From assembly GCA_010093995.1 (NCBI GenBank), contig ML992518.1:1-64000 (forward strand): 64,000 bases of DNA, given 5' to 3'. This DNA is from Elsinoe ampelina. Taxonomy: Eukaryota. Of this stretch, positions 1 through 13,041 are shown in pieces. Each line of letters begins with the position of its first letter. The stretch's first letter is position 1. The translations under genes and the position numbers were made by a program. Below the pieces are notes generated by a model that saw only the letters and a program-made list of their open reading frames with translations, searched no databases and was not told the DNA's origin.

Positions 1-2747
1 CAAGATGGTAGTATTTTGAGGTGGTTTTAGCACGGGCGTCTCGGATGGTAAGCTTGGTTGGATCAGTGTCTCCAGGTCAACGTCTTGTGCGTCGCCAAGT
101 GCACCACCAGCAGCGTCCTGAGCATACTGCGCTTGAGCCTTTTGTGCTAGGGCATCTCTGTAGTCGAAATGAATCTTCTGTACAACACCTAGGAAATTCT
201 CGTCCACTTGCCGGGAATCGCTGGTCTTGTTGGAACGGGAATCGCTTTCGTTGTCCTCCTTCTTCTCCTCCTCGGCAGGCTTCTCCTTCTCAGATGTCGA
301 TGTGCGTCCCAGCTTTTTCATGCTGAACGTCATATTCATGCGGAACTTCTTACCAAATTTGCTGGGTGTATCTTTGTTCTCGCCATCTTTGGGCTCCTCT
401 GGTGACTTTTTCCCTTCATCAACAGGGGCCGCAGCCGGTGTAGTAGGGTCTTTGGCAGGCTGTGGGGAAGCGGCAGGGTTGGGAGAGGCGTTCGCTGAGA
501 AGTAATCGCCGGATTGACGATTGGCATTGAGACCAATGATTTCTCCATTTGCGCTGGCTTGTGGTTGTTCTTCAGCGATGGCGCTACCGATATCTCTCGA
601 AACAGCATGATTGGCTTGCGTCAAACCGCCCGGTGTTGCCAATGAGATGGCTAGACCTGGCGTGATGGGGCTTCGAGCGACATCGTGGGGTCGTGGAGTG
701 GCGTCCGACCCTGCATCACCGATGCCATTGAAGTCGGTCGGAAGTGGTGGAATCTGGATGCCCAGAGGTGCGTTCGCCCGTTCCATGCGCTGAGCTTGAT
801 GCGACGCCAGAGTATGTTGCCTGTACTCCACATCGCGTTTGATCTCTTCAGCAATTATGCTATCGAAGAGGTATCGCAGAACCCACTTGCCCAGGTTTAC
901 TATACATTGTCAGATCCCAGCACCTAGAGACTTGGAAGAGTTACCTCACTTCTCTGGTCATCCTTGAACTCAATGTCATGGTATTCTTCCATCTCATCGG
1001 CGTAGAGTTCTGCATCGAAACAGGTGTTTTCTTCCAGCGTAATGGCTAACGATCCAGTCCGCGTGTCGATTGTACACCAGTTGGGCACCGACTCCATAGT
1101 ACTCACCTCGGGCTGTACATCTTCCATATGACGCTTTCCGAAAGACTTTACAGGTACACACTGGGTGAAATGAGCTTAGAATGCATTGAAATTTGGCACT
1201 GGCCCACCTTCAAAAGGTCCCACATGATGACCTCCCCGGCCGTGTCCAGTGTTAACACGCGGCGTCGATCATTGAGCATGACATGCTTTATCAAGCCGTT
1301 CTGTCCTTCGATGGCAGATTCCGGGCTAGCGTGCACGGGCTGGGCCATGTGCTGCTCCGCGTCAAGTATTTGAACAGTACCTCTGCGAGGGCCGCGTTCG
1401 GTGTTTGTATCCGAGTCACTAAAAATTTGTGTCGGGAAGAAGGCGGTATTGCTCAATCGCAATACATGCTTGAGTGGTATCTGCTTTTTGTTCTGTCGAG
1501 TTGGGCTGGTGGTCTGGTTCTGGAACGTGCTTGATGTCAGCTTGGAACGGCTTGTCGAGACGCTGAAGCGATGTGCCCGATAGCTCTCCGGGAAGTCTGC
1601 TTCGGCATTCGTAGTGTCGACGTTGTTCCACCGGTTGATGCTGGGCCTGCTTGTTGCGGTCCAAATATAGTCGCCCCCAGACACGAGCTTGTGTACGCCT
1701 TCGTGCTCTTGAGCGACCGCTATGCTCAACCCCTCATCAAGCTCGGCACATCCTCTGGTATCTGTCTTCGCAATTAAGCCGCACTTGTCGGACGAATAGA
1801 AGACCGACAAGGAAGGCTCGTCCGACCAGAGAGACCAGACACTTGCGTCGTGCATCGTGAGCGTATGCATACATCGGCCAGCCGTGACGCTCCAGACTTT
1901 GACGGTCTGATCGCTGCTCGCTGTCATGATTGTCTCCCCATCTTTGGATATGAGGATATCCCGTATGTTGTCGGTGTGGCCGACGAACTTGGTTATCCGT
2001 TTCCCGCTCTTTGGATCCCAAACACGGACCACGCTTTCTGGACCCCCGCTGGCGAGGATATTAGGCGTGACATCGAGTGCGTACACACTGCCTTTGTCCT
2101 TGTTGGCAGTGCCGCCTTCGTCTTCAGCGACATGGATACTGAGCTTCTGACCCGACCCGCTCAAGTCCCACAAGGATATTCGGCGATCGAGACCCCCGCT
2201 TGCGATCCAGCTCTCGTGGACATCTGGGACGGCCAAGACCTTGACGTAGTCTGAATGAAGACCCACAGTCTGAGGCGGGATAGGATCTTGGGCCGCTGGT
2301 CGCCAGACCTTTACTGAAATATCCGATGATGCGGAGACAAGGGCGGAATTGGATTGAACCAAGGCGATATCATTGATCCAGTTCGTGTGCGCCTGAACTT
2401 GCTGCCTGAACGTGGTGTCAGGAGGGCTGGGCTTCTTTGCGCCGTCCGCGAGCGGGCTTTGAGGTTCCTGAAGATTGAGGTGTGTATCCCATGCGCAAAT
2501 CACGCCGTCACGGCCGCCGGAGTATCTGTTCGGAATTAGTCCGTGAATGTGGTCAGGTCTGTTGGTCGAGGGTCGAGGTACAATATGGAATTGGTGGGGT
2601 CAATAGCAAGACCATTGACGCCTAAACGATGTCCACCGGCAGACTTTGCCAGTGGCAGCACTGTAGAAGACCATCAGTCATTATGTACTGGCTTCTCATT
2701 TCACCTTGCCTACCGTAGCTGATCTTTTGACGCGCCTTTTTGGCCAT
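1..2747 (-). CDS. WDR48: WD40-repeat protein, WDR48/UAF1 (Duf1/Bun107-like) deubiquitinase cofactor; 3' end lies beyond the window start
   Basis: Spliced model with exons 2747-2714, 2660-2582, 2525-1208, 1160-950, 899-<1, all GT..AG introns. It reads [32 protein letters not shown], then WD repeats ([27 protein letters not shown]), then [30 protein letters not shown]. The last frame stays open to base 1. Confidence 0.88.
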
Positions 2748-3115
2748 GGCGAAGGCCTAGTCGCGCAATCGCATACGGCGCAACGGCCGAGTGCCTGGAG
2801 GGCCTTCTCCGACGCAGACTAGCGCAAAGGCGGAGCGAAACTAGACGAGATAGTCAATGATGTCGGTCTCGCTATACATGGAGCAATCGTAGGTGTGGTA
2901 CAGCTTCGGGAGCAGGGCGAAACGGGAGAAAGATGGAGTGCATCGATCGTAGGAGCAGCAGGCGAGGTGCAGCCAGCTGAACTGCGTTCTCGGGCAGTGA
3001 CGATATGCGGAGAAGAAAGCTGCGCTTCGAACCAATCACAGGGCGCAACTTTGGCTGCGACCACGTGCACTAGGTAGAGACAGACCCTGCATCGATCTAT
3101 TCTATACACGAGCTA

Positions 3116-4362
3116 TTACTCTATATGTGGGACAACCGTGTCCTTCATCTCCCGCACGACTTCCGGAAATATCAGATTGGCTATGGATGCCTGCACTGCA
3201 TTCTTGACCTCGTCCTTCTTCGACCAAAAATGCTGGATCAGAGTTCCCCTGCACTTCTTGGCCCGTGGCATGGTCATGAACTCGGACGAAGTGACCTGGT
3301 CGCATTCAATGTCCCTCGTAGTGTTGGGGTAAGTGTACCGTACGTAATCAGCGTAGGCATTCTGCTCGTTTGACAGCTTCATCTTCCACTGCGCGCATCC
3401 AGGGTACTTGACCTCGGATGGACACTCAGCCCAATCTTTCAACATGTCAAGCGCATGCGGGGCGTTCTGGATGATCATGAAGCCGGTATTGATACTAAGG
3501 TGACGATGGAATTGATCGTATTTGTCGGTGCGATTCGGAACCGAGCCTACGGTGAGGATGATCTCCGGAGTGACATTCCAGAAGTCCAAGAACCATTCGA
3601 TCGGTATCTTGAGGTGGGGAAAGACAATGTCGTAGTCGGTAAACACGATGAATTGATAGCCTTCCAGGAGCACTTTGCGAATAGCGTCGACCTTGACCCA
3701 TGTCTGTCGGATCTCCCCAGGCAGTTCCGGCGCTTGCACGTACTTGTAATCATAGCCATGCATCTTGGCATACAGCCAGTGGTTAGCACGACCATAAGAT
3801 ATTTGAGTCATGTTGGAAGCATCCGGGATGCTCCAAGGCCGTGTGTCGACGTCAAGGAGAACCACCTTGCCGCCCAGCGGTGTGGGAAATCGACTACTTG
3901 AAAAGTCTGCTCGCTCTCTGAATTGGTCTAGGACGGGGTATGGGGGAAGCATAGATGGGTTCCAGGGCATCTGCTTCAGCATGGCCGGGATATCGCTCGA
4001 CAGTGCCGTCAGCCGGGTACTGCACGTGTCAGCATGTATCCATGACCGAATGGCATCAACAAGAGTGCATCGACTCACTTTTGCATAATCAGGAGCATAG
4101 GACTCAGCACAGCACTAAGCAAGATGGGGACGAAGATCGCCAACTTGGTCGATGTGCTCAAACGTCCCAAGAGTACTTCTGCCCTGCGGTCTATCTGATC
4201 GAATATGTTTCCATACCCATGAAGGTTGCGTTGTTGGGACTTTGCGCGCCTCGAGGCATTCCTCAGCATTTCGTCATCGACGAAAGCTGATGGCTCGTCG
4301 TCGTCCGGGGTGAATGTCTTCTTGTGGGCCACATCCAGCGGCTCGTACATGCCTTTCATCAT
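3116..4362 (-). CDS. Type II membrane glycosyltransferase, GT34 (GMA12/MNN10)-like
   Basis: Exons 4362-4079 and 4019-3116 (intron GTGAGT..GCTGAC..CAG). N-terminal TM segment LAIFVPILLSAVLSPMLLIM. Motifs NHWLYAKMHGYDY, TWVKV, FTDYD (DxD), INTGF, EQNAY, IQHFW. Confidence 0.8.
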
Positions 4363-5016
4363 TGTTTTGCTTGTCGTGAAGTGATCGAGCAGGTCATGAA
4401 CAGACTTGCATGCTGATTTTGAGCGGTGCCATCTGGGTCTGCGCTCTTTAGGGGCCGTCAACAAGGAGGCGCCTGGGCATAACGGTGCGGCAAACCCGCC
4501 GTGGCTAATCAATCAGGGCAGCTTTTGTATGCAGATACCGATCTTGCCGGCGATCCCGGACGTGCTCCGCAACGATTGTGATGACGACTGTTCCATGTTG
4601 TTCATATTTCGTCGATGGATTTGGTGTTGATTAATAATTTCTATGGGGAGCGGCGGGCATTTTGAAGCGATTTCGCCCCACACCACACTGGCGTCGATGT
4701 CAGCATACGGTAACCACTAAACGTGCCAATGCTTCGCCTGGAGCGATGGTGCCGGAAACGATGTGTAGGTCGCAGACGTCATGCTAGATTGGAGCTTCGG
4801 TGGCTACAGTACAACGCGTGATCCGTCTGCTCTACTTTGCACTCATTCGCCCGTGCTGCAATCGTTCACTTTACTACTCAAGTTTGATCTGGCGAACGGA
4901 ACTTGGGCAGCAAAGGCCATTGAAAGTATTCTATATACACACAACCCGAATTCATCATAATCAGGATCGTTATCATCATAGACATGCGTCCAAGCCCTCT
5001 TGAAGACCTTTTGACA

Positions 5017-6375
5017 TCACTGAGGGACAGCTAGGTTCTTTCCCTTGTCCTCGACATCCGTATGTTGGGTGTACTTTTGCAAGTCTTCGTAGACGTCCTC
5101 TGTAACGTGCTCGTGTACTCGCGACCAATCATCCAAGAGGCCCTTGTAAATATCAGGCACGAAACGATCCAGAATGGCCTGTTTGGAGGCTTTTGCGAGG
5201 AATCGCTTGGAATAGCCCCAGTAGTGTTTAGTGAATCGGCCTTGATGAACGTCCTCCACGGGGATGTGACGGATATATGGGCTGTATTCCGGATCATATC
5301 GAATGTAGCCTGAGAAGGCAGCCTGCTCCCGAGCCCATTTCCAGCGCCACTGAGAACAAGTCTTGTACTTGACATCCGTCGGGCAGTCGATCCAATCTTG
5401 CATCATCTTAGGGAACAAAGGCGTGTCCTGCGTGACGAGGAACCCGGTATTGAACTGCGGTCTACCACGGACATCATGTGTGTTGTCGAGATCTATCCCG
5501 CCCGCGATCATGATATCTTGTGTGATGTTCCAGTGGCTCAGTAACGCTTCCATTGGGACCCGAAGATCAGGAAAGATGACATCGCCATCTACCATGACGA
5601 CAAATCGACATTCGTCCATCATGGTGATTCTGTATAGCTCGCGCACTTTGACCCATGTGGTGTTCAGATTTGAGAGCTCCGGGACTTGCATGTGCTTGTA
5701 AGCATATCCATGTAATTTCGCTGAGGAGTATGTCAGTGTCAATTTCACCTCGGGGTTGTTAGGCTCAGCATACCGTATAGGTAATGGTTGAAATAGCCAA
5801 AGTGAAGTGGCTCTTTGGGTTCATCGACTCTGTGCGGCTTCCACTTCCTAGTATCGACGTCCACTAGGCAGATGCTGTCTTTGAGAGGTTCTGGATAGAG
5901 GGCAAGCTCGCCATGGCGCATTCCGTACTCTTGATAAAGATCAATCGGGGGTAAGGACCTCAGAACGTCGAATACTGTGTTTGTCTCGGCTGTTCCGGCC
6001 CCTAGACTCGTGGCAGACCCGTGGGCAGGGCTCTCTTTCGCTACGTATGCTTGTTCCATGTGTAGTAACTGCTTGACAACAGAGGCCGAAACCCTGCGTC
6101 CGTCAGGACAATATGCATATGACGGTTCGTTAAACTTACGACCTTTGCGAATGCCCATCCATCTTTCCGAAGCCGAATCCTACTAGGAACATGGTAATAC
6201 ACACAATGCTTGCAGCGAGCGCTAGTACCGATGGACGTCGAAAATCGTGCCACGCGGTGTGCCTCGAATGATTGTGTAGGAACAAACGCATCTCTGGGTT
6301 GCTGGCCTCCTCGTCTTTCTCGTAGTCGTCCTTAGTCACAGCACTGTAGCTGACATCGCTCGTACCAGGCATCAT
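5017..6375 (-). CDS. Second GT34 (GMA12/MNN10)-like glycosyltransferase, tandem paralog
   Basis: Exons 6375-6140, 6093-5774, 5720-5017 join in frame through GT..AG introns. TM segment VLALAASIVCITMFLVGFGF. Motifs NHYLYAKLHGYAY, TWVKV, VDGD (DxD), FNTGF, EQAAF, KHYW. Confidence 0.8.
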
Positions 6376-7385
6376 GTGACACGGCTGATGCTGTGCACCT
6401 GCAACTGAGAATGCCGAGCGGGGACGTAGCCGTGCTTGCGGACGAACGTGTGGAGGAGTGCAGCGCTTTTGTCTCCATGATAGGGGCACGAAGCTTTCCT
6501 GTATCCATACCGCTAAGATGAAGAGACTTGCTACGCCGCAGACAATATACAGATCAGAGCCTCGAACGCAAAAGGAACGTCAAACGGCGCGCAAAGCCAC
6601 GATATGTGGATGAGAAAGGGGTTTCAGCACCGAGATTCTGTCCATTCGACGTTAGGAAACACGCGCATTGGCCATTTGCGGGCAGGATGCTAGAGACGTT
6701 TCCAAACAAGTTGCTTTACCTCGGGTGTGAGAAGCAGGGGAAAGTCCAAACTAACCTCCAACGGAGCTAGTTCGCTATACGGATCCGGAGCCGTTGCGGC
6801 TCAGCAATATCGTAAACGGGCACTTGTCCTTGTGGCAACGCCTCTATCCGTCGAGTCCTGAATGACAACGTAAATGGACAATAGTCTACGAGAGATTGAA
6901 TGTAACAAGTACCAGAGCGCATTGAGATGGAAGCATGTCGAGAGATACGTGCGAGCTCAAGCGTGAGCCTCTTCAGCCTAGTCTGATCTCCGTGCTTTGG
7001 TTAGGCAAAGAGCGTCCTCACCTCGGAGCATCTCCTGGAGAGTGATCATCGAAGCGACTCTGAATCAATGAGCGTTGCACGGATGTCAGATGAGGAAGGT
7101 TCTTTACGTTGCAAAGCTAGCAACGCTTGCTTGTACTCATACAGGGCCTTCTCGCCCTACGTACGAGGGGCACTAAAGCCGCTGTCTGCCATCGGTCTGC
7201 GGCACATGAGTTTCCAGTCAGTGGATGTATCAGGAAATTATCCCATTACCGCACCAATAGACAATGCTTGGCTGCGACCATCGGCTAGGTGATGGAGGTA
7301 AGACCTCGGGATCAAACCAGTATAAGGATAGGTGCAATGTCCACAGAAGTGGCAGCATACCTACTCCCCTGCTCAAAATCTCAAC

Positions 7386-8440
7386 ATGAACAAGATCATC
7401 AGTCTCGCAACTCTCCTGAGTGTGGCTTCGGCTGGCGCACTCGAAGTACGGCAGGATTCGGCGAGCTTTTGCTTCACCGGCGAATCTACAGTTGGCAAGA
7501 TCAATGCAGCGTTCAAGGAACCTCTGCTCGCCTGCTACTGGTTTTTGTATCTGTACGGTAGCAGCCAAACCCATACATGGAGCTCTGTCTGACACATGCT
7601 AGGAATGACCGAATCTCGCCTCTCCCCGACGTCGATGCGACGGCCTTTGTCTCGGGCTGTCCATGTCTGCTATTGACACCGACTCAGGCCAAGTCGACTT
7701 TGCCCAAAGCCAAAATGGTCAAGAACAAGGCACTCAATGCCATGAGCAAGGTCGTGTCCGATCCGACAGGTTTCTGTACCTTCATCCTCGCACAGTAAGC
7801 CTCATGCGCTTCCAAATGTATATCACCATGTCTGACATCTCCAAGAGGCGGCATCACCGCCAGCCCATTCTCCACAATGAGCGTCAAACTACTCAAGGCC
7901 AACTGCAAAGCCATCGTGGGGGACAAGAAAGCCACACAGAACTTTTTCAAGAACCCATATTTCAGCGGCAGTGGCGTCGCGACCGGCGACGGCGTCTACA
8001 ACACTCTCAACCTCCCCTTCTGGAACCATGCCGGAGGCGCTGTCGCCGTGAACCCCCCCACTTTCGCCGATCCCGTGGGCAACCAGGTGACCCTGGCCAC
8101 ATCCGGGCTGAACTTTACTTCCGCCAACATCGCCGAGATCTCCCAGAGTCCCATCTTCCGCGAAAGCACCAACCCCTTCCGCTTGACGTTCAACCAGGTA
8201 GCATGGACCGACAACGCCACTTGCACCCAGCAGGTACTCCTCAATGGTCGCGCCGTGTGGAACGCCATCACCGGGCCCACGGACAAGACGACCGGTGCCG
8301 CCAAGACGAAGCAGACCAGCTTCGAGTTCGAGGCCGCGGACGGCGAGCCGGCCAATCTCGCGTTCAGGGTCACGGCGGTCAATCCTGGCGGCGTCTGCTC
8401 CTGGAAGATCGCCAAAGTGGCGTTCAGTGTGACGGCCTAA
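7386..8440 (+). CDS. Predicted secreted protein (~317 aa): two Cys/SP modules plus a C-terminal beta-rich, possibly carbohydrate-binding-like domain
   Basis: Exons 7386-7552, 7603-7794, 7846-8440 total 954 nt, in frame. Signal peptide MNKIISLATLLSVASAGA. Introns GTACGG..CTGAC..TAG and GTAAGC..CTGAC..AAG. Confidence 0.75.
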
Positions 8441-10868
8441 GAGACGCTTCACTCTGGAGCATTTGAGCATGGGCGACGAGGACTCTGTGGAAAGAAGAGC
8501 CACGATGAGGTTGGAACGGCTTTGAAGCAGCTGTAGACTAGATGGTGATATATCAAATGAGACTTTACTTGAAGAAACAAGACTTTGTCGAGTTGTCCGA
8601 TGAATATGCGGATTGCCCTCTATAGCAAGGGGCCACGTCAAAACTATTTGGTGCCAGTAGTAGTAATTATAGTGATGGTCGTTGCTGTGTGGATGTACGG
8701 GTCTGACAACCATGCGTTTGTTTGGTGAGAGTCGCAGACAGGCGAGAACAACAGCGGCTCATTGTCACCCAACGCTCGCAAAGGTCGCGGCCACAATGGG
8801 GAGCGTAAGCTGGAAGCGTGCAGAAGGAAATAACATTGCTAGGATATCTACGAGAACATCTACGCCGTCGCGGTCGCGGTATCCCCACCATCAGTGGCCG
8901 TGCTCGTTCCGTTGTCGGTTGAGCTTCCGCTGTCCGACCCCGAGGAGGAGCCACTTCCATCAGTCGAGCCACTTCCATCAGTCGAGCCGCTTCCGTCGGT
9001 CGAGCCGCTCCCATCAGTTGAATCGTCCCCACTGGAATCAGTCACTTCAGGAGCCGTGGCCAGCGTCGACACTCCGTCCGCCGTCAGCGACACGGGATTA
9101 CAATCTGCGACAACACCACCCGTCATGACAAAGCGGAGGTTCTTGTCCGTCATGAAGGACAGATCGGGGCGATCTGTCCTTCACCAAGAAGACCTTGAGG
9201 TTGGCGTTGCCGTCGAAGGCGCAGGTGATGGGGAAGAAGTAGTTGCCGAGAGTGTCGGTAGCTACCAGGACGGTGCTACCTCCGACATCGAGTGGCATGA
9301 GAGTGATGATCCTCGCGCCGATGGGGATTTTGCCCCACTTTGCCAGGCGGAAACGGGAGGCACCATAAGTGGCCATGAGATCTGGGAAGTAGAGGAAGAA
9401 ACGTTCCTGTAGATCGGATGTGATGATGCCGTCTTCGTACACAAATAGTTTGATAGCAGTGGCAGCACTGTAGTTCGTGGATAGGTAAACGCTGCCGTCG
9501 TCGCCAGGAAGAAGTTGGAATGCTTTGGTGGCGTCGGTGATCGTAACATTGAGGACTACGTCAGCGAGGATGTTGGGTTCAACAGTAGATATCGAGTCGT
9601 GGGCAGTAGTAGTCGAGGCGACTGTCAAGCTACTTGTGTACGTGCTTGTCGCCTTCTTGCCCTTCTTGATGCTCGTCACTGATGTTACCGCGGTCAAGCT
9701 GGAGATGGTAGTCGTTCTACCCGGCGAAACGATGGTGACTGTAGATCCAAAAGCATTGGTCGTCGTGGTTGTCAAAGCACCCTTATGGCCTACTCTTGCG
9801 GGAGATCGTTTCTTCAACGAGGTCTTTGCGCTGACAAGGAAGGCAGAATCCACGGTGAAAGAGAAGGAGCTGCTGCTACGAGTGTTCGCGCTTTGTGCGC
9901 TCTTTAGGAAACACGCAGGGTTGTTGCCATAGTACCCATCGTATGCGTAGGACACTCCCAGACAGCCGGCTGTTGAATCGCAAGCGTTGACACACTCTTC
10001 CAAATTCTTCATACCATCTTTCTGCACAATGTCATTGTCATCGTACGTTGTAGCGCACGAGATGCGGTAGGTGTTGCCTTGTTTGTCGTAAAAGTTGGTC
10101 TTGTCCACCGCCGGACAAGCACCCAGAGCTTTGTAGACTGGCTTGGAGAGCTTGACAGCAGAGTCCATCTTGTACTTGTACACAGTGCTGTTGAGAGGAA
10201 CGTCGGTCATCTGGTACTTTGGGTAGCAGAAGGGTGTCTTGTACGTTCCGTTGTAAGCATACGATACACCCTTGCAGTCAGGATCCGTATCGCAGAAATT
10301 GATGCAAGCTTCCATGGAGCTGTAGCCGGAGAAAGAGCCAAGGTCGTAGCCTGTGTAATCCGTTGCGCACTTGATTTGATAGACTTGGCCCTGAGCGTCC
10401 AGGAAAGCTTGGTTGTGCGCAGCAGGACAAGCTTGCAGCGGAGAGTAGGTGACGGGCGACGCTGCAAAGGCAGTCAATCCGGACGCGACCGTGCCGGTCA
10501 CTGCCGTTGAACTCTTCAAGAAGCATTGTTGCTCGTCGAGACCTCTCTGGACCCAGACTATTGCCTTGCAAGCTGAACCATAATCGTTGCAGTAATCGAT
10601 GCACGAAGTAATATTGGCGAATGGCTTGTGTACAAGATCCTGCCCAGGATAGTCCAGCTTACAATTGATCTGCCATGTCCGACCATCAAGAGTGTTGTAT
10701 ACATCTCCGCACTTGGGGTTGTTCGGGTTCGATGTTGGCGAGACAGTAGCTGTCGTTGTGGTTGTCGTCGTAGTTGTGGTCTTTGAGCTTGCAGCAGCAG
10801 CAGAAGGGTTGTTGGAACCGCCGCCAGATCCGTTTAGGCCGTCAGAACCTGTGGAGCCACCATTGTCG

Positions 10869-10960
10869 CCAGAACCACCAGAACCACCAGAACCACCAGA
10901 ACCACCAGANNNNNNNNNNCCAGAACCACCAGAACCACCAGAACCACCAGAACCACCAGA
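10869..10960. repeat. 9-bp CCAGAACCA tandem repeat (encodes GGS) containing a 10-N assembly gap at 10910-10919
   Basis: Directly visible; true repeat length is unresolved. Confidence 0.95.
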
Positions 10961-13041
10961 TCCTGTATCGGATGGATTATCTCCACCTGCACTACCATCA
11001 CCCCCACTCGATGGAGTATCTGATGTATCAGGTGTCGGAGAAGATGCGGGATCAGTAGTGGCATTGGGGTCGCTAGAGCCACCGTCAGGACTGGGAGGGC
11101 TGTCTGTTGGTGTACTGCTGTCGGCGGTTGTCCCTGAATCACCGCCACTAGAGCCATCTGGAGTTGAAGTGTCAGGAGTGGGATCAGGGGTGGGCTCTTC
11201 TGTCGTTGTCGTCGTGGTCGTCGTGGTCGTGGTCGTCGGCGTGGGTACCTTCCTGCCCAGACATCCGGCGACGAGCGCTGGATTCTCCCAATGATGAAGA
11301 GTGACTTTGCTCAGCCCAAGAATGTCCATACTAAGATCGTTGCTGGCACCTACAGCATACTTGATGCCAAAGCAACCATTTGTGCTAGTAACGGAATTGG
11401 ATTGACCAGTACCATAGTTGGCATTGATGTTGAAAGATGCCGAGGCAGTGACCTGTGGTGTATCAATGAGAGAGACACCCTTCTTGATGGTCCCTCCGAG
11501 CAGATCGATACCGAAGAAGAGCTCCATTGGGAGACCCAAGCTAGCTTGCGCAGTGAGATCACCGTAAGCTTGGAACTTCTTGTCAATAGTAGGCACAAAG
11601 CCACTCTGGAAAGACTTTGACTTGTCGAGAAGATCCAGATTGGCTTTGATGGAAGGCCAATTTAGCGAAGCGCCGACCAAGATCTGACCCTCGGCATTGA
11701 CCTTGAGACTACTTTGGACCGAAACGGTGACCTTGGGTCCGACAGTGACGATACCAGGGATGGAGAAGCTGGGTAAGCCTTGGCTGATCAAATCCTTGTT
11801 GTACACTTTCTCGTAGCTAGCAAAGGCATTGACGTCGATGTAAACACCCGCGTACAAGTTGCCATTGAGTTCGATGGCGCATTTGGTGACACCGCTGGTT
11901 AGAGAGGCTGAAATACTGCCGATAGCGTTCAATTGGCCCTTGATACCGCAATCGACACAGAACATGTCAATCCTGGGCTTGGGATTGCTAACGCCTTGAA
12001 GCTGACTCTTGACAGCATCAAGCTTCTTCTGTGTCGACGCTATAGTGCTGGCATCGGAAGGAGACCAAGAGAAGAACTTAAGGATCTTTCTGCGGCGGTC
12101 CAATGTCGACAGGGATCGAGATCGTCTTCCAGTAGCTGAGGGGAGGGACCAAAGACTTCAAAGCCAAGATGCCTGAGCTGACGACATTGGTGACGGATTT
12201 GATGGCGTTGTTGACCGAAGCTGGCAGCACCTTCGCCGCAGTGGTGGCCACCGTCTTCGCAACCGCCTTGATCGGCGATGAGATGGCCTTGACAATTTTG
12301 CCGAAGAAACGCTTCTTGAGCTTGCTCGTCGAATTCGAAGGGGCAACGATGGCAAGAACAGATTCTTGGTCAGCGTCCAAACCAGAGTAGTATCCTAGCT
12401 TCTGATCAAGATTGGTGTCGAAGTTTGTGCCGCAGGCTGCTGTGGGGAAGTTCATCGTAGAATTGGCCGGCAGAGCGCCGCAGTCGGGAGCAACATAAGT
12501 CACGTTGGACATGTCAACGGCGCCGAAGTCCAGGCTGACGGCAGCGTAGACGGATGACATGTCTGTGATGGCACCTTTGACCTTGGCGATCATTCCGGCG
12601 TCGTCGAATGTGAAGGATGAAGACAAGAAGACTGTGCTGGAGGCATTGAGACCACAAGAATCGGACGCAGTGATCAAGATGACTTTGGTGTCCATCTTCC
12701 ACGAGTCCAGGGCCCTTGCGTATGCGTCCTTGTTGTTGTATTGAACACTCATGACGCTGGCGCTGCATGAAACGGAAGTGATGAAGACGGTATGATCCAG
12801 CACAACGGATGGATAGGCAAACTTCATGTCCAGTGCAGCCGCAGTGCCTGCAGTTGCATTGTCCGCCGGAGCGCCCGCGAAATAGAGACTTGCCTCTTTC
12901 GATGGCGTTAGGTTGTCGAGGTTCGTCAAGTCCGTGCCTGGAGGAGCCATGGCTGTGAGCACGGCTGTTTCCGCAGGCTTAAGCTCAACCTTGCTGGCTT
13001 CGAAAGTCGTTCCTGCGGTAGAGTTGGTGACGGTGGAGTTG

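Noticed and set aside
21..2539. Many short plus-strand and alternative-frame ORFs over the WD40 gene
   Set aside because: They are antisense or off-frame shadows of a well-supported spliced gene.
7889..8713. 274-aa and 139-aa minus-strand ORFs, and the 267-aa plus ORF at 7663
   Set aside because: Explained by the GC-rich codon bias of the real exon 7846-8440; no recognisable protein features.
10665..11294. Plus-strand poly-Val/PEP and NHQ-repeat ORFs
   Set aside because: Opposite-strand readings of the Thr and GGS repeats of the minus-strand gene.
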